Shown: positions 36,701 through 46,900 of the stretch, one piece after another
How positions within the stretch are numbered: the stretch's first letter is position 1
Layout: every line of letters starts with the position of its first letter
Assembly (NCBI GenBank): GCA_965215185.1
Contig: OZ244034.1
Span: 2,752,001-2,816,000, forward strand
Reading direction: 5' to 3'
Source: Acidimicrobiia bacterium
GTDB lineage: Bacteria > Actinomycetota > Acidimicrobiia > Spongiisociales > ZC4RG35
DNA length: 64,000 bases
Made by a program: the position numbers and the translations under genes
The notes under the pieces: model-generated
What the model saw: only the letters and a program-made list of their open reading frames with translations
Database searches by the model: none
Told to the model about the DNA's origin: nothing

Positions 36701-38111
36701 ACTGGTCTCCGAGCCGGGGGTGGGCACCATCGCGGCGGGAGTAGTCAAAGCCCAAGCGGATGTGGTACTGATTTCGGGCGCCGAGGGAGGCACTGGCGCT
36801 TCGCCTCTGGAGTCGATCAAACACGCCGGCTCCCCCTGGGAGCTGGGTTTGGCGGAAGCCCATCAGACCCTAACCGCTGACGGCTTGAGGGGTGGAGTGG
36901 AGTTGGAGACCGACGGGGGGCTTCGCACCGGACGGGATATGGTCATCGCGGCCCTGCTGGGCGCTGATCGCTTCGGGTTCGGAACCCTGCCCCTCCTGGC
37001 TCTGGGCTGCAAGATGGTGCGACAATGCCATCTCAACACCTGTCCGGTGGGGATTGCCACCCAGCGGGAGGATCTGCGGGCCAAGTACACCGGGAAGGTG
37101 GAGCAGGTGGTAGGGGTCTTTCGGATGCTGGCCGAAGAGGCCAGACGTTACCTGGCGCTTTTGGGCACCCGCAACGTGGAGGAGGTGATCGGGAGATCCG
37201 ATCTACTGGCGCCGGTTGATCATCCCCTGGCCGCCAGTCTCGGCCCATTGCTGGCGCGGTCCGACTCCCGACCCCGCCACCCGGGATTCCGCAGCTTCCA
37301 GATTTCCAAGCTGTCTCGGCGACTGGCGGAAGAAGCGAAAGAAGCGATCGAGGGGGGAGTCCCCATCCACATGTCCTATCCCATCTCCAACACCGACCGC
37401 ACGGTAGGCGCTCGGCTGTCGGGGATGGTTACTTCCCGATGGGGCTTGGAAGGTTTGCCCAAAGACTCGGTTTCGGTGACATTGTCTGGCACGGCCGGGC
37501 AGAGCTTTGGCGCCTGGTTGGCGCCCGGCATCTCTCTGCGCCTGGATGGCGTAGCCAACGACTATGTGGGCAAGGGCATGGGAGGAGGACGGATCGTGGT
37601 GGTGCCCCGCCGGACCGAGAGCAACCCCGAGGCGGTTCCCCATGTCGCCGGCAATGCCGTGATGTATGGCGCCACCGGGGGAAACCTTTTCATGTCAGGG
37701 ACGGTCGGCCAGCGGTTTGCCGTCCGAAACTCGGGCGGAACCGCGGTGGTGGAGGGTTGCTCTGACCACGGCTGCGAATACATGACAGGAGGCACGGTGG
37801 TGATCCTGGGCCCGGTTGGCGGCAATTTCGCGGCGGGAATGACCGGCGGTGTGAGCTACGTATGGGACCCAGACTTCCGGCTGCAGGGGTTTCTGGCAGA
37901 TACTTCTCCGGCGGTCCGAAGACCCACCGACCAGGACACGAAGGAGATTCGGCGCTTGGTGACCCTTTATCGCCAGCACACCAAGAGTCCGGTGGCGGAG
38001 CGGATCTTGAACTCCTGGTCGCGGGAAGCGAGTCGTTTTTGGGTTCTTGAAGCGGCTCGAAGGGTTCCGCTGAGTCCCACTCAGCCGCTATTGGCCTCGG
38101 TTCGCCCCTGA
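33741..38111 (+). CDS. gltB: glutamate synthase large subunit
   Basis: ACGVG Ntn Cys, HQRYSTNT, AHNGEINT, EPWDGPA, IKQVASGRFGV, CKMVRQCHLNTCPVG [3Fe-4S] motif, GXGXG C-terminal domain. Confidence 0.97.
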   Translation: MNKRNSRFHDACGVGLIADRSLAPSYRLTRLAVECLVRLDHRGAKTADGTGDGAGLLTQIPRRLLNRYLSGMGVTAPKRLGVVMAFLPAEDPRPGEELVEEALLKEKMPLLAWRSVPTDPDSLSPRARRLMPVIRQALVSLPGDLDSEDVERRLFLARKRMERTGESLQSFSIPSASARTVVYKGLFTARRISDFYWDLVDPDYETSFAIFHQRYSTNTSPAWEIAQPFRSLAHNGEINTISANRSWMKARERSVRSRIWGDRLKDLRPFVQPGLSDSASLDNVFELLLRSGRSLSHVKEMLIPPVWDQVFTVEPEIQDFYEYHSSLTEPWDGPASVAVTDGISLLAGMDRNGLRPARWTITPDMLIVASEAGVCPSEEAKAERTGQLGPGETVLFDGETGRIRFSDEIRAELSGRRPYGEWTEHQTLYVQKPFSAHERFEIEHERLCRVFGYTAEEHRLILADMALGKSPLGSMGSDTPLAAFSGRPRRLSHYFHQLFAQVTNPPMDPIREKAMMSLRTYLGGRGSFLADSYRPFARMELMSPVLSLAELEMVVRSGDPRLFSHWIPCVWPVEEGQEGMKRRLDQICEEAVEATEQGASIIVLSDREVDSAHAPTPMMLAVGAVHRCLIERGLRLQVSIVAVSGETRDSHDLACLVAYGASAVNPYLAIREIMNMAHDGVLRVNPVEAQENYRNALQNGLLKVMSKMGICTVSAYRGSELFEALGLDTEVLEFAFPNTPSRLSGRGFDHLAWNTLRLHSLYTSGTEDPGGFYKQRGRGEFHVTSPSVVLSLQRAARSGNQEDWDRYLKTIQQRPVTHIRDLLTFVEQTPVRLSEVEPAESIMRRFVTSAMSHGALSKEAHEALAQAMTLIGGNSNSGEGGEGPERYGTPRNSSIKQVASGRFGVTPGYLHSASELQIKMAQGSKPGEGGQLPGHKVSPEIARLRHTKPGVTLISPPPHHDIYSIEDLAQLIYDLKTFKPTVKVSVKLVSEPGVGTIAAGVVKAQADVVLISGAEGGTGASPLESIKHAGSPWELGLAEAHQTLTADGLRGGVELETDGGLRTGRDMVIAALLGADRFGFGTLPLLALGCKMVRQCHLNTCPVGIATQREDLRAKYTGKVEQVVGVFRMLAEEARRYLALLGTRNVEEVIGRSDLLAPVDHPLAASLGPLLARSDSRPRHPGFRSFQISKLSRRLAEEAKEAIEGGVPIHMSYPISNTDRTVGARLSGMVTSRWGLEGLPKDSVSVTLSGTAGQSFGAWLAPGISLRLDGVANDYVGKGMGGGRIVVVPRRTESNPEAVPHVAGNAVMYGATGGNLFMSGTVGQRFAVRNSGGTAVVEGCSDHGCEYMTGGTVVILGPVGGNFAAGMTGGVSYVWDPDFRLQGFLADTSPAVRRPTDQDTKEIRRLVTLYRQHTKSPVAERILNSWSREASRFWVLEAARRVPLSPTQPLLASVRP

Positions 38112-38191
38112 GAGACAAAAACGGGCGATGCGGGGCCGCCGGGAGGATGGTAGTATTTTAATGACCAACGGCCATTTGGTGAAAGAGGTGT

Positions 38192-39607
38192 TTGGTGGCA
38201 ACTGTTGATATTGATCTGGGAGCCTACAAGCTGGGATGGCACGACTCCGAGGAAGACTACGTCTTCAAACCGGAAAAGGGCCTTTCGGAGGAGATAATCC
38301 GGCAGATGTCGGCTATGAAGGAAGAACCGGAGTGGATGCTCTCCTTCCGGTTACGCGCCTACAAGCACTTTCTGGCCAAACCCATCCCCACCTGGGGAGG
38401 GGGAGGCCAGCTCGACGAGATCGATTTCAACAACATCTATTACTACGTAAAGCCCACCGAGACACAGGCCCACACCTGGGATATGGTTCCCGAGGAGATC
38501 AAGGCCACCTACGAGAAGCTGGGAATCCCCCAGGCGGAGCGTAAGTTTCTGGCAGGCGTCACCGCCCAATACGAGTCGGAGGTGGTGTATCACCGAAACC
38601 GGGACGACTTGGAAGAATTGGGCGTGTTGTTCTGTGACATGGACACCGCAGTGCGGGAATATCCCGACCTGGTCAGAAAGTATTTCGGGACGATCATCCC
38701 TCCCAACGACAACAAATTCGCCGCTCTCAACTCCTCCGTTTGGTCGGGAGGTTCCTTCATCTATGTTCCTCCGGGCGTGCATGTCGACCAGCCACTGCAG
38801 GCCTATTTCCGGATCAACTCCGAGAACATGGGCCAGTTCGAGCGGACTCTGATCATCGTTGACGAGGGCGCCTACTGCCACTATGTGGAGGGTTGCTCGG
38901 CCCCCGTTTACACCACCGACTCTCTCCATTCGGCGGTGGTGGAGATTGCTGTCCTCCGAGGTGGACGCTGTCGATACACCACCATTCAAAACTGGTCCAA
39001 CAACGTCTTCAACCTGGTAACCAAACGGGCCGCGGCCTATGCCGACGCCACTATGGAATGGGTGGACGGCAATATAGGATCGCGCCTGACCATGAAGTAT
39101 CCGGCGGTGTGGCTAATGGAGCCGGGCGCCCATGGGGAAGTGCTGTCCATAGCCTTTGCCAGCTCGGGACAGCATCAGGATGCAGGGGCCAAGATGGTTC
39201 ATGTCGCTCCGGACACGACTTCCACCATTGTCTCCAAGTCGATCTGCCGAGCGGGCGGCCGGGCGGGATATCGAGGTCTGGTGAGGGTGGAGCCGGGCGC
39301 GGAGCGATCGAAGAGCTTTGTGCGCTGCGATGCCTTGATTCTGGACGAAGAGTCTCGTTCTGACACATATCCCTACATGGAGATCGAGGAAAATGATGCC
39401 GAGATCGGTCATGAGGCGACCGTTTCCAAGGTGGGAGAGGAGCAGTTGTTCTATCTCATGAGCCGAGGCCTCAGCGAGGATCAGGCCACCTCAATGGTGG
39501 TGGCCGGGTTCATCGAGCCGATAGTGAAAGAACTCCCGATGGAGTATGCGGTGGAGATGAATCGTCTCATCGAGTTGAACATGGCCGAGTCGGGCGCCGT
39601 CGGCTGA
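38192..39607 (+). CDS. sufB: Fe-S cluster assembly protein SufB
   Basis: [38 protein letters not shown]. Confidence 0.97.
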   Translation: MVATVDIDLGAYKLGWHDSEEDYVFKPEKGLSEEIIRQMSAMKEEPEWMLSFRLRAYKHFLAKPIPTWGGGGQLDEIDFNNIYYYVKPTETQAHTWDMVPEEIKATYEKLGIPQAERKFLAGVTAQYESEVVYHRNRDDLEELGVLFCDMDTAVREYPDLVRKYFGTIIPPNDNKFAALNSSVWSGGSFIYVPPGVHVDQPLQAYFRINSENMGQFERTLIIVDEGAYCHYVEGCSAPVYTTDSLHSAVVEIAVLRGGRCRYTTIQNWSNNVFNLVTKRAAAYADATMEWVDGNIGSRLTMKYPAVWLMEPGAHGEVLSIAFASSGQHQDAGAKMVHVAPDTTSTIVSKSICRAGGRAGYRGLVRVEPGAERSKSFVRCDALILDEESRSDTYPYMEIEENDAEIGHEATVSKVGEEQLFYLMSRGLSEDQATSMVVAGFIEPIVKELPMEYAVEMNRLIELNMAESGAVG

Positions 39608-39632
39608 ACAGCCCCGGAGACCTTTTGGGGTT

Positions 39633-39920
39633 CTAGCTGGAGGTAGGTGGGCGAGCAGATCGCCCGGACCGGCGTCCGCCAATCAGATTGAGCAACGCCA
39701 CGAACAGTGCTGCTCCGATTACCGCCCAAATCACCGGGAAACCTCTGATTTCCCAAAGGGTTGGCCAACCCAGCAGGCCGGCCAACCAGGAACCCAGAAG
39801 GGAACCAACCCAACCCAAGACGACGGAGGCCCAACAACCTGTGGTGGGACTGCCGGCCAGTCTGGCGCCGACCGCTCCGGCGAACGCGGCGATCACCACC
39901 GAAAACAGAAAGCCGAACAT
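39633..39920 (-). CDS. GlsB/YeaQ/YmgE family small membrane protein
   Basis: Gly-rich three-TM pattern: GCWASVVLGWVGSLLG...WAVIGAALFV. Confidence 0.75.
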   Translation of the reverse strand: MFGFLFSVVIAAFAGAVGARLAGSPTTGCWASVVLGWVGSLLGSWLAGLLGWPTLWEIRGFPVIWAVIGAALFVALLNLIGGRRSGRSARPPTSS

Positions 39921-39958
39921 CAGGTATACCTTAACCCCGGTGTTACCTAATCTCGATA

Positions 39959-41452
39959 GTGAATATGTCTTGGCGCAGGCTCTGGACCCGCAGGTTGTTG
40001 ACCTTGATCACCCTCGGTTGGGTGATTTGGATGTTGTGGCTGATTTTCGATGACAATCAGCCCTTTACTCTCTATGTGTTGGATGACGATGGGCTGGGGA
40101 TAGGGGATGCAACGGTCCTCCATGATGGGGAGGTGGTGAATGTCACCGATCTAGAGGGATCAGCCGTATTGGATTGGGTGCCGGATGGGCGCCGATATGT
40201 CCTGATCTCCCCGGGCCACCTACAGAAAACGGTCACCGTCGCCGGTCCGCCTCAGAGTTCTCTGGCCGTTCATCTCCGGCCGCGGACGCTGCGAGGAAGA
40301 GTGACCGACCCCAATCAGATTCCTGTTGAAGGGGCGCTGGTGAGTTCGGGGTCGGTGAGAACCCTTACCGGCGGCGACGGAAGGTTCATCCTGGAGAGGG
40401 TGGAAGAGGGCGAGATTGATGTGACCCGGCCGGCTTGGATCGGCGCCACGTATCAATGGGACGGCGGTCCGGGAGACACCGAACTGATCATCTCCCAACT
40501 CGTGGTGAGGGCAGTGCATGTAGCGGCGGGCGTGGCCGGAGATCGGGTGGAATGGGATGCCATGGTGAAGCTTGTGCAGGAGACCGAGTTGAACGGGGTG
40601 ATGTTGGATATCAAAGACGAAACGGGACAGGTCTTTTACGATTCCCAGGTCGAGTTGGCCCGGGAGGTGAGAGCGGTGAATCCACAATACGACTTGGGGG
40701 GATTGGCCGACCAACTGGAGCGACAGGGCATTTATCTTATCGGCAGAATCGTGGCTTTCCAGGACCCCACCGCCAGTTTGAAAAAGCCGACCATGGCCGT
40801 ATGGGACTCCCAACTGGGCCAGCCCTATCGGCAGGGACATCAGTACTTCTTGGATCCCACCGATCCCCAGGCCCGTGCCTACGCGCTGGATTTGGCGGTG
40901 GAGACATGCGGTTTGGGAGTGGATGAAATCCAATTCGACTACATAAGGTTTCCCGACTCGCGCCGACCATCGGCCATTTTCGATGGGCCCATCGACTCCG
41001 AGTCACGGGTGGCCACCATCAACTCCTTCCTGGAAGAGGCACGGGCTCTGCTGTGGCCGATGGGATGTGCAGTGGCGGCGGACATCTTCGGATTTCTGAC
41101 CACCGTGCCCGATGACGGGGGTATCGGCCAGCAGTGGGAGAGAATCACCCGGGTGTTGGATGTCGTCTCACCCATGCTCTATCCCAGCCACTACGACGAC
41201 GGGTGGTTCGGCTATGACAAGCCCAACAGCCATCCCGGCGGAGTGGTTAATGCGGCATTGGAGGACGCCGTTGCCCGGATGCAAACCGGGGTGGTGATTC
41301 GTCCCTGGCTGCAGGACTTTGGTCATCGAGATGACCAGGTCCGGTCATCTATAGATGCCGCTGAAGGGTTTAACCTGGGCTGGATGCTGTGGAACCCGGT
41401 AAGCGAAGTGTCCACGGGCGCGCTTAGATCCCAGGACGCACCCGGGAGCTGA
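39959..41452 (+). CDS. secreted putative glycoside hydrolase (DUF4015-like TIM barrel) with N-terminal beta-sandwich domains
   Basis: N-terminal TM; LNGVMLDIKDETG, IGRIVAFQD, DEIQFDYIRFP, SPMLYPSH, RPWLQDF, WMLWNP. Confidence 0.8.
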   Translation: MNMSWRRLWTRRLLTLITLGWVIWMLWLIFDDNQPFTLYVLDDDGLGIGDATVLHDGEVVNVTDLEGSAVLDWVPDGRRYVLISPGHLQKTVTVAGPPQSSLAVHLRPRTLRGRVTDPNQIPVEGALVSSGSVRTLTGGDGRFILERVEEGEIDVTRPAWIGATYQWDGGPGDTELIISQLVVRAVHVAAGVAGDRVEWDAMVKLVQETELNGVMLDIKDETGQVFYDSQVELAREVRAVNPQYDLGGLADQLERQGIYLIGRIVAFQDPTASLKKPTMAVWDSQLGQPYRQGHQYFLDPTDPQARAYALDLAVETCGLGVDEIQFDYIRFPDSRRPSAIFDGPIDSESRVATINSFLEEARALLWPMGCAVAADIFGFLTTVPDDGGIGQQWERITRVLDVVSPMLYPSHYDDGWFGYDKPNSHPGGVVNAALEDAVARMQTGVVIRPWLQDFGHRDDQVRSSIDAAEGFNLGWMLWNPVSEVSTGALRSQDAPGS

Positions 41453-41838
41453 GGCGCTGGCATTTTCTGCCTGCTCCCCGCGCCCGCCAGTCCCATAGGA
41501 AACGCCCAAGAGTCGACCATCAGCATTTCGCCCAGGGAACAAAGGAGTCAAAACCCGTGCTGTTTGTGGGAAGAGTGCCGCTGCGGTGGGACCTGCTGGG
41601 CACAGCCCGTATCAATGATCGCAAAATCGAGGCGGTGTCCCGATCGCAGCGGTCTCTGATCACTTCGCTAGCGAGTCGGGATGCCGGCCGGCGCGTTCCT
41701 ATGCAAAGTCACGGCGAATCCCGTACGTCTGGAGACTATGCCCGGCTCCCGTCTTTCCGCTATCTGAGAGCGCGGTGAATATGGCTACCATCCGCGTCTT
41801 GATGGAGCCAGCGGCAAATCGGAAGGTGGTGACGGTCA

Positions 41839-42219
41839 GTGAGTGATAACGGCCTTTTCGGACATCTCACCATGCTTCAGCATGTGAACTTACCGACAAC
41901 CGATTTGGCTGTGGCCAGGGAGTTCTATATCGAAAAGCTCGGTCTGCCTGAACTTCCACGCCCAGATTTCGGGGTCCCTGGAGTCTGGGTGGGGGCCGGA
42001 CCGAAGCATGCCATTCACATCTTGGAGGTGTACGCGGTGGGATCGAATGCCAACAATCATTTTGCCCTGGAGGTCGAGAGGTTGGATGAGCTATTGCGCC
42101 GGCTAACCGCCCGGGGAGTGGAGCATAATCGTGCACGCCATACGCCCGGCGCCGGCCATCAGGCATTTATCCGAGACCCGGACGGAAACGTCATAGAGTT
42201 GATACAACCTCCCGGTTGA
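41839..42219 (+). CDS. VOC/glyoxalase family protein
   Basis: LQHVNL...FY...LGL..RPDF...HFALEV...FIRDPDGNVIEL. Confidence 0.9.
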   Translation: MSDNGLFGHLTMLQHVNLPTTDLAVAREFYIEKLGLPELPRPDFGVPGVWVGAGPKHAIHILEVYAVGSNANNHFALEVERLDELLRRLTARGVEHNRARHTPGAGHQAFIRDPDGNVIELIQPPG

Positions 42220-42233
42220 TCGGGACGGCAGCC

Positions 42234-43199
42234 ATGGTCAGGAATCGCACTTTCGGGGAGGCCAGTTTGGAGATACCCAGCGACGCCCCTGCCGGAGTGC
42301 TCGCATTCAACGCTGAACTTGAGAGGGACACTCGTCATCTTCCCAAGATTTCGGACGTGGGCCCGGTGGTTGCCCGACAGGCTCGGGAGGAGGGCAAATC
42401 GGTGTTCGGACCTTTGGTGTACTCGGACCGTGCTTCTGAGAAGGTGGTGGAAGGTCCATTCGGACCGCTCCGCTTCCGAGTTATACCACCCGTTGGTCGG
42501 CCTCGTGGGGTTTTCTTGCACATTCATGGCGGGGGGTGGGTGGTGGGCGGCCCCCACCATCATGACCCGATGCTGGAAAGACTCGCCGACGCCACCGGAC
42601 TGACCGTGGTATCCACCTACTATCGGTTGGCTCCTGAACACCCCTACCCGGCAGGACCGGACGACTGCGAGGCGGCGGCACTGTGGTTGCATCACAATGC
42701 TTCCGACAGCTTCGGGGCGCAACTGTTGGCCATAGGAGGAGAATCCGCAGGCGCCCATCTGGCCGCCGTTACCTGTCTTCGGCTCAGAGACAGTCATGGG
42801 CTCGCCCCTTTCCGAGCAGCATTGCTCACCTACGGGGCATATGACTTGCGGGGCACCCCCTCGGTGTTGGAAGCGGGAGAAGGGACATTGATTCTCACCA
42901 CTTCCATCATCTCATGGTTTACAGAACAGTTCGCTGGCCACCATGACCTATGCGACCCCGATCTCTCCCCGATATTTGCCGACCTCCGCGGTCTACCTCC
43001 GGCGTTGTTCACCGTAGGAACCATCGATCCACTGTTTGATGATTCACTATTCATGTTCAGCCGGTGGCGGAAGGCTGCCAACCAAGCAGAACTGGCCATC
43101 TGGCCGAAGGGAATCCATGCCTTCGACTATTTCGAAAACGAATATGGCCGGGCGGCTCGAGAGCGTATGCACATGTTCTTGAACCGAGTCCTTAGCTGA
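42234..43199 (+). CDS. HSL-family esterase (alpha/beta hydrolase)
   Basis: HIHGGGW, YRLAPEHPYPA, GESAG, DPLFDD, HAF. Confidence 0.92.
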   Translation: MVRNRTFGEASLEIPSDAPAGVLAFNAELERDTRHLPKISDVGPVVARQAREEGKSVFGPLVYSDRASEKVVEGPFGPLRFRVIPPVGRPRGVFLHIHGGGWVVGGPHHHDPMLERLADATGLTVVSTYYRLAPEHPYPAGPDDCEAAALWLHHNASDSFGAQLLAIGGESAGAHLAAVTCLRLRDSHGLAPFRAALLTYGAYDLRGTPSVLEAGEGTLILTTSIISWFTEQFAGHHDLCDPDLSPIFADLRGLPPALFTVGTIDPLFDDSLFMFSRWRKAANQAELAIWPKGIHAFDYFENEYGRAARERMHMFLNRVLS

Positions 43200-43369
43200 T
43201 TCCATCTTTCCAGTCGGTCTGGGAGGGAGTCCCACAGTCTCATGAGGGCCCCTGAGATTCGCAGATATTGTTGCCCAGGGACCCTTTCCAAACTGTGCCT
43301 CCGCCAAACCTCTTCTACCGATCCAAGCTAGTATGCGAAGCGCGTCGAGAATGGAGGCGGTGGTATGGA

Positions 43370-44422
43370 ATGGATTTATTGAACGGAGTACGGGCACGGC
43401 CGGTCAGCACTGATCGCCTTAATGCCTTCATTTACGAATCGGGACCGGCGGACGGCATCCCGGTGGTGATGATCCACGGGAACCTCTCCACGGGACGTTT
43501 CTATGAACACCTTTGGCCGGGGGCGCCGAAACGATACCGCTTCATAGCTCCCGACATGAGATCGTTCGGCCGTTCGGAACCTAAACCGATTGACGCCACC
43601 AGGGGCCTGCGGGACTGGGCGGATGACACTTTCGCGGTGGTGAAAGCACTCGGAATCGAACGACCCGTTCACTTGGTGGGATGGTCGACGGGCGGCGCGG
43701 CCATCGCTGCTTATGCAATGGATAAAGAGGTTGCTTCGTTGACGTTCATAGACCCGGTGTCACCATACGGGTTCGGTGGTACTCACCGGGACGGCACCCC
43801 CTGCTATTCGGACTGGGCAGGTACTGGCGGGGGGACTGGCAATCCTGACTTCACCGCCCGTTTAGCGGATAAAGACCGTTCGTCGGACGACGTGATGTCT
43901 CCCCGCAATGTCATGAATTCTTCCTATTGGGCGCCCAATCATCGGGAACCGTCCGATCGGGAGGACCTGCTGGTCGACGAGGTGTTGTTGTCGGTCGCGG
44001 GCGATGATGGTTATCCGGGTGACTTTGCGGCCACGGGAAACTGGCCGGGGGTGGCGGCTGGTACCCGGGGAATTCTCAACGCTCTTTCAGGCAAATACTG
44101 CAATTGGTCCAATATCGTTGACTTGGATCCGAAGCCGCCCGTGCTGTGGACGCACGGCAGCGCCGACATCGTGATCGCTGATGGATCGGCTTGGGAGATG
44201 GGTACCTTGGGGCAGGCGGGATTCGTACCCGGTTGGCCTGGAGCCGACGTGTTCCCTCCCCAGTTGATGGTTTCCCAGATCCGTGATGTCCTCAAGCAGT
44301 ACCAAGGGGCTGGCGGTAGGGTTGAGATGGAGATGTTCGAAGGGTCGGGCCATGCCCCGCAGTTCGACGCCGCCCAAGATTGGGCAGAGTTGTTCTTTGA
44401 ATTTCTCGCGTCGGTGGAGTAG
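43370..44422 (+). CDS. alpha/beta hydrolase
   Basis: IHGN, APDMRSFG, GWSTGG nucleophile elbow, GHAP. Confidence 0.88.
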   Translation: MDLLNGVRARPVSTDRLNAFIYESGPADGIPVVMIHGNLSTGRFYEHLWPGAPKRYRFIAPDMRSFGRSEPKPIDATRGLRDWADDTFAVVKALGIERPVHLVGWSTGGAAIAAYAMDKEVASLTFIDPVSPYGFGGTHRDGTPCYSDWAGTGGGTGNPDFTARLADKDRSSDDVMSPRNVMNSSYWAPNHREPSDREDLLVDEVLLSVAGDDGYPGDFAATGNWPGVAAGTRGILNALSGKYCNWSNIVDLDPKPPVLWTHGSADIVIADGSAWEMGTLGQAGFVPGWPGADVFPPQLMVSQIRDVLKQYQGAGGRVEMEMFEGSGHAPQFDAAQDWAELFFEFLASVE

Positions 44423-44446
44423 GAGCAGCCGGCGCCTCAGCCGCTT

Positions 44447-45187
44447 TTGAATCGGGCGCAAGACCCAATGGGGAGCACCTTCCCCCCGGCGAATGGCGGA
44501 ACTGCTGCCACCGGGGAAGAACTAACTGCTGCGCTGGTCGAGTGTCGGCGGTGTGAGCGGCTGGTGGCTTGGCGGGAAAAGGTGGCGACAGAGAAAAGAG
44601 CCGCCTATCGTGAGGAGGCCTACTGGGGTCGTCCGGTGGCGGGATTCGGGGATTGGGGCGCGCGCCTGGTGTTGGTGGGTCTGGCGCCTGCCGCCCACGG
44701 CGCCAACCGCACGGGGCGGATGTTCACCGGCGACCGATCCGGTGACTGGCTGTTCCGGGCCCTTCATCGGGCGGGGTTTGCTAACCAGGCCCACTCGGTG
44801 GGACCCGGTGACGGTCTCAGGCTCCGGGATTGCTGGGTCACAGCCTCGGTGCGGTGCGCCCCACCCAGTAACCGCCCTCTGGCCGAGGAGACCGCCAACT
44901 GCTCGGACTGGCTCACGGAGGAGTTGAGTCGTCTGCGGCGGATGAAAGTGGTGATGGCGTTGGGCGGTCTTGCTCACAGCAATCTGCTGCGTCTGGCTCC
45001 CCGCCTGGGTTGGTCTCCGCCTCGGCCCCGACCCAGGTTCGGACATGGAGCCATGACCGTATTGGGTGAGGGCCCGATCCTTGTCGCCTCGTATCACCCC
45101 AGCCAGCAGAACACCTTCACCGGTCGGCTCACTGAGCAGATGTTCGACGGCGTGTTCGAGATTGTCCGCCGGGTCTTGGACGGGTAA
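44447..45187 (+). CDS. udgB: uracil-DNA glycosylase family 5 (4Fe-4S)
   Basis: CRRCERL, GLAPAAHGANRTGRMFTGDRSG, RCAPP, YHPSQQN. Confidence 0.9.
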   Translation: MNRAQDPMGSTFPPANGGTAATGEELTAALVECRRCERLVAWREKVATEKRAAYREEAYWGRPVAGFGDWGARLVLVGLAPAAHGANRTGRMFTGDRSGDWLFRALHRAGFANQAHSVGPGDGLRLRDCWVTASVRCAPPSNRPLAEETANCSDWLTEELSRLRRMKVVMALGGLAHSNLLRLAPRLGWSPPRPRPRFGHGAMTVLGEGPILVASYHPSQQNTFTGRLTEQMFDGVFEIVRRVLDG

Positions 45188-45305
45188 TTGTTCTGGGCGC
45201 CCGGCGCCCGAGTCTTTCGACAACCGGGCGGGAATAGCGGTTTCTGGTAATCACCAAGGTTCCGATAGCATCTGTTACTGAACTCTTGGAAGCGAATTTC
45301 AATCC

Positions 45306-46568
45306 ATGCTGAGTCTCGACAACCAAACCCTTGAGCGGTTCAGCGCCGCGGTGCCCGATTTATTGGCTTCCCAACGCCGGAATGCCCTTCACGCGTACCG
45401 TCGCCTGGCGATGCCCTCTTCGAAGGAGGAGAACTGGAAGTACGTCAATCTCGGGTTCGATCTGGATGAGATGAGTATTCCCACCGTTCCCGGCGATCCT
45501 CTTTCCGATGACGATTTCGTGGCCGCGCTCGGTAATCGGGCGGGAACTGCGGTCATGGTGGACGGCTGGCTGATGGGAATCGAAAACGACTCACAGGCGC
45601 GGTTCGGATCGACTGTGGAGGTTTGGGCAACCGATCCCTCGCCTGATCTGCTAACCCCGGACACCGATAAATTCGCTGCTGCCGCCCTTGCCTTTTCGAT
45701 TGACGGAATAACTTTGCGCATCCCTCGCAACCGGGTGGTGGACGCACCATTCGTGATCGATGTCCAATCCACTTGCCCGGATACCGTCACCTTCCCCACT
45801 CTGACCATCAGCGCGGAGGAGAATTCCGAAGCCACGGTGGTTGTTCTGTTTCGTTCCCCGGACGGGATGTCCAGTGTGATGGTTCCCAACCTGCAAACCA
45901 CGGTGGGATACGGCGCCCGTCTTTCGGTAACCACAGTCGGGATCATGGGGACCGACGGCACCAGCGTTATGCATCATCGCTCTCGGATTGGTCGCGACGC
46001 CACCTTGCGGGTGGGAGAGATCGGTCTGGGTGGCAAGTTGGCTCGCATGGATTTGCGCACCACACTGGCGGGAACGGGAGGAAGCGTCGAGGTGGTGGGC
46101 CTGTATTTCGGAGAAAGGCAGCAGGTGTTGGATTATCGGCTGGTGGTGAACCATGTGGGTCGCTCAACCAGTTCGGACGTGTTCTTGAAGGGAGGAGTGC
46201 AAGATCAGGCCGAGTCCATCTTCACCGGCCTGCTGCGAATCGAAGAGGATGCGGCTGGAACCTCGGCCTTCGAGACCAATCGCAATCTGGTGCTCTCCGC
46301 GGGCGCCAAGGCCAACTCGGTGCCCAACCTGGAAATCCTATGCAACGATGTCATCTGTGGGCACGGGTCCAGTGTGGGGCCACTTGAGACCGAGTCTCTC
46401 TACTACCTGATGAGTCGGGGAATCAGCAAAACCCGGGCGGAACGGGTGCTGGTGCGGGGCTTTTTTGAGGAAGCGATCAAGCGGCTTCCGCTCGATGACC
46501 TGAACCATCCGGCACGCCAGACTGTCAACCGGCGTTTCGCCGAAGCGCAGGAAGGTGGGAGAGTCTGA
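45306..46568 (+). CDS. sufD: Fe-S cluster assembly protein SufD
   Basis: ENWKY, NRNLVLS, PNLEI, CGHGSSVG, YLMSRGI. Confidence 0.9.
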   Translation: MLSLDNQTLERFSAAVPDLLASQRRNALHAYRRLAMPSSKEENWKYVNLGFDLDEMSIPTVPGDPLSDDDFVAALGNRAGTAVMVDGWLMGIENDSQARFGSTVEVWATDPSPDLLTPDTDKFAAAALAFSIDGITLRIPRNRVVDAPFVIDVQSTCPDTVTFPTLTISAEENSEATVVVLFRSPDGMSSVMVPNLQTTVGYGARLSVTTVGIMGTDGTSVMHHRSRIGRDATLRVGEIGLGGKLARMDLRTTLAGTGGSVEVVGLYFGERQQVLDYRLVVNHVGRSTSSDVFLKGGVQDQAESIFTGLLRIEEDAAGTSAFETNRNLVLSAGAKANSVPNLEILCNDVICGHGSSVGPLETESLYYLMSRGISKTRAERVLVRGFFEEAIKRLPLDDLNHPARQTVNRRFAEAQEGGRV

Positions 46569-46900
46569 TGGCCTGGGTGGAGGCGGCGCGTTTGGCCGAT
46601 ATGGAGGAAGGAAAGGGTTTAAAGATCTGCCACGACGGCCATGTGGTGGCAGTGTTCATAGCTGAGGGAACGGTATACGCGGTGGCGGACCGATGCACGC
46701 ACGCGGAGGCGTCCCTGTCAGAAGGAGAGATCTTCGATACCGAGGTGGAATGCCCTCTTCACGGCGCAGTGTTCGATTTGACAACCGGGGTGGCGCTGAC
46801 CTTGCCGGCCACCCGGCCCGTCGCCACCTATCCGACGCGAGTGGAAGAGGGGAGGGTGTTGGTGAGTATTCCCGACAACGGAACGGAGGAAACCAGATGA
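46568..46900 (+). CDS. Rieske-type [2Fe-2S] ferredoxin (SUF-associated)
   Basis: CTH...CPLH; TGATG overlap with the sufD stop. Confidence 0.93.
   Translation: MAWVEAARLADMEEGKGLKICHDGHVVAVFIAEGTVYAVADRCTHAEASLSEGEIFDTEVECPLHGAVFDLTTGVALTLPATRPVATYPTRVEEGRVLVSIPDNGTEETR

Noticed and set aside
41453-41838. About 385-nt intergenic region with a CCGCTGCG/CGCAGCGG inverted pair; possible ncRNA or small ORF
   Set aside because: No recognisable RNA family or protein motif, and short GC-rich inverted repeats are expected by chance; an Infernal/Rfam scan is needed
43200-43270. Short hairpins upstream of the second hydrolase as a riboswitch
   Set aside because: No conserved riboswitch core could be matched
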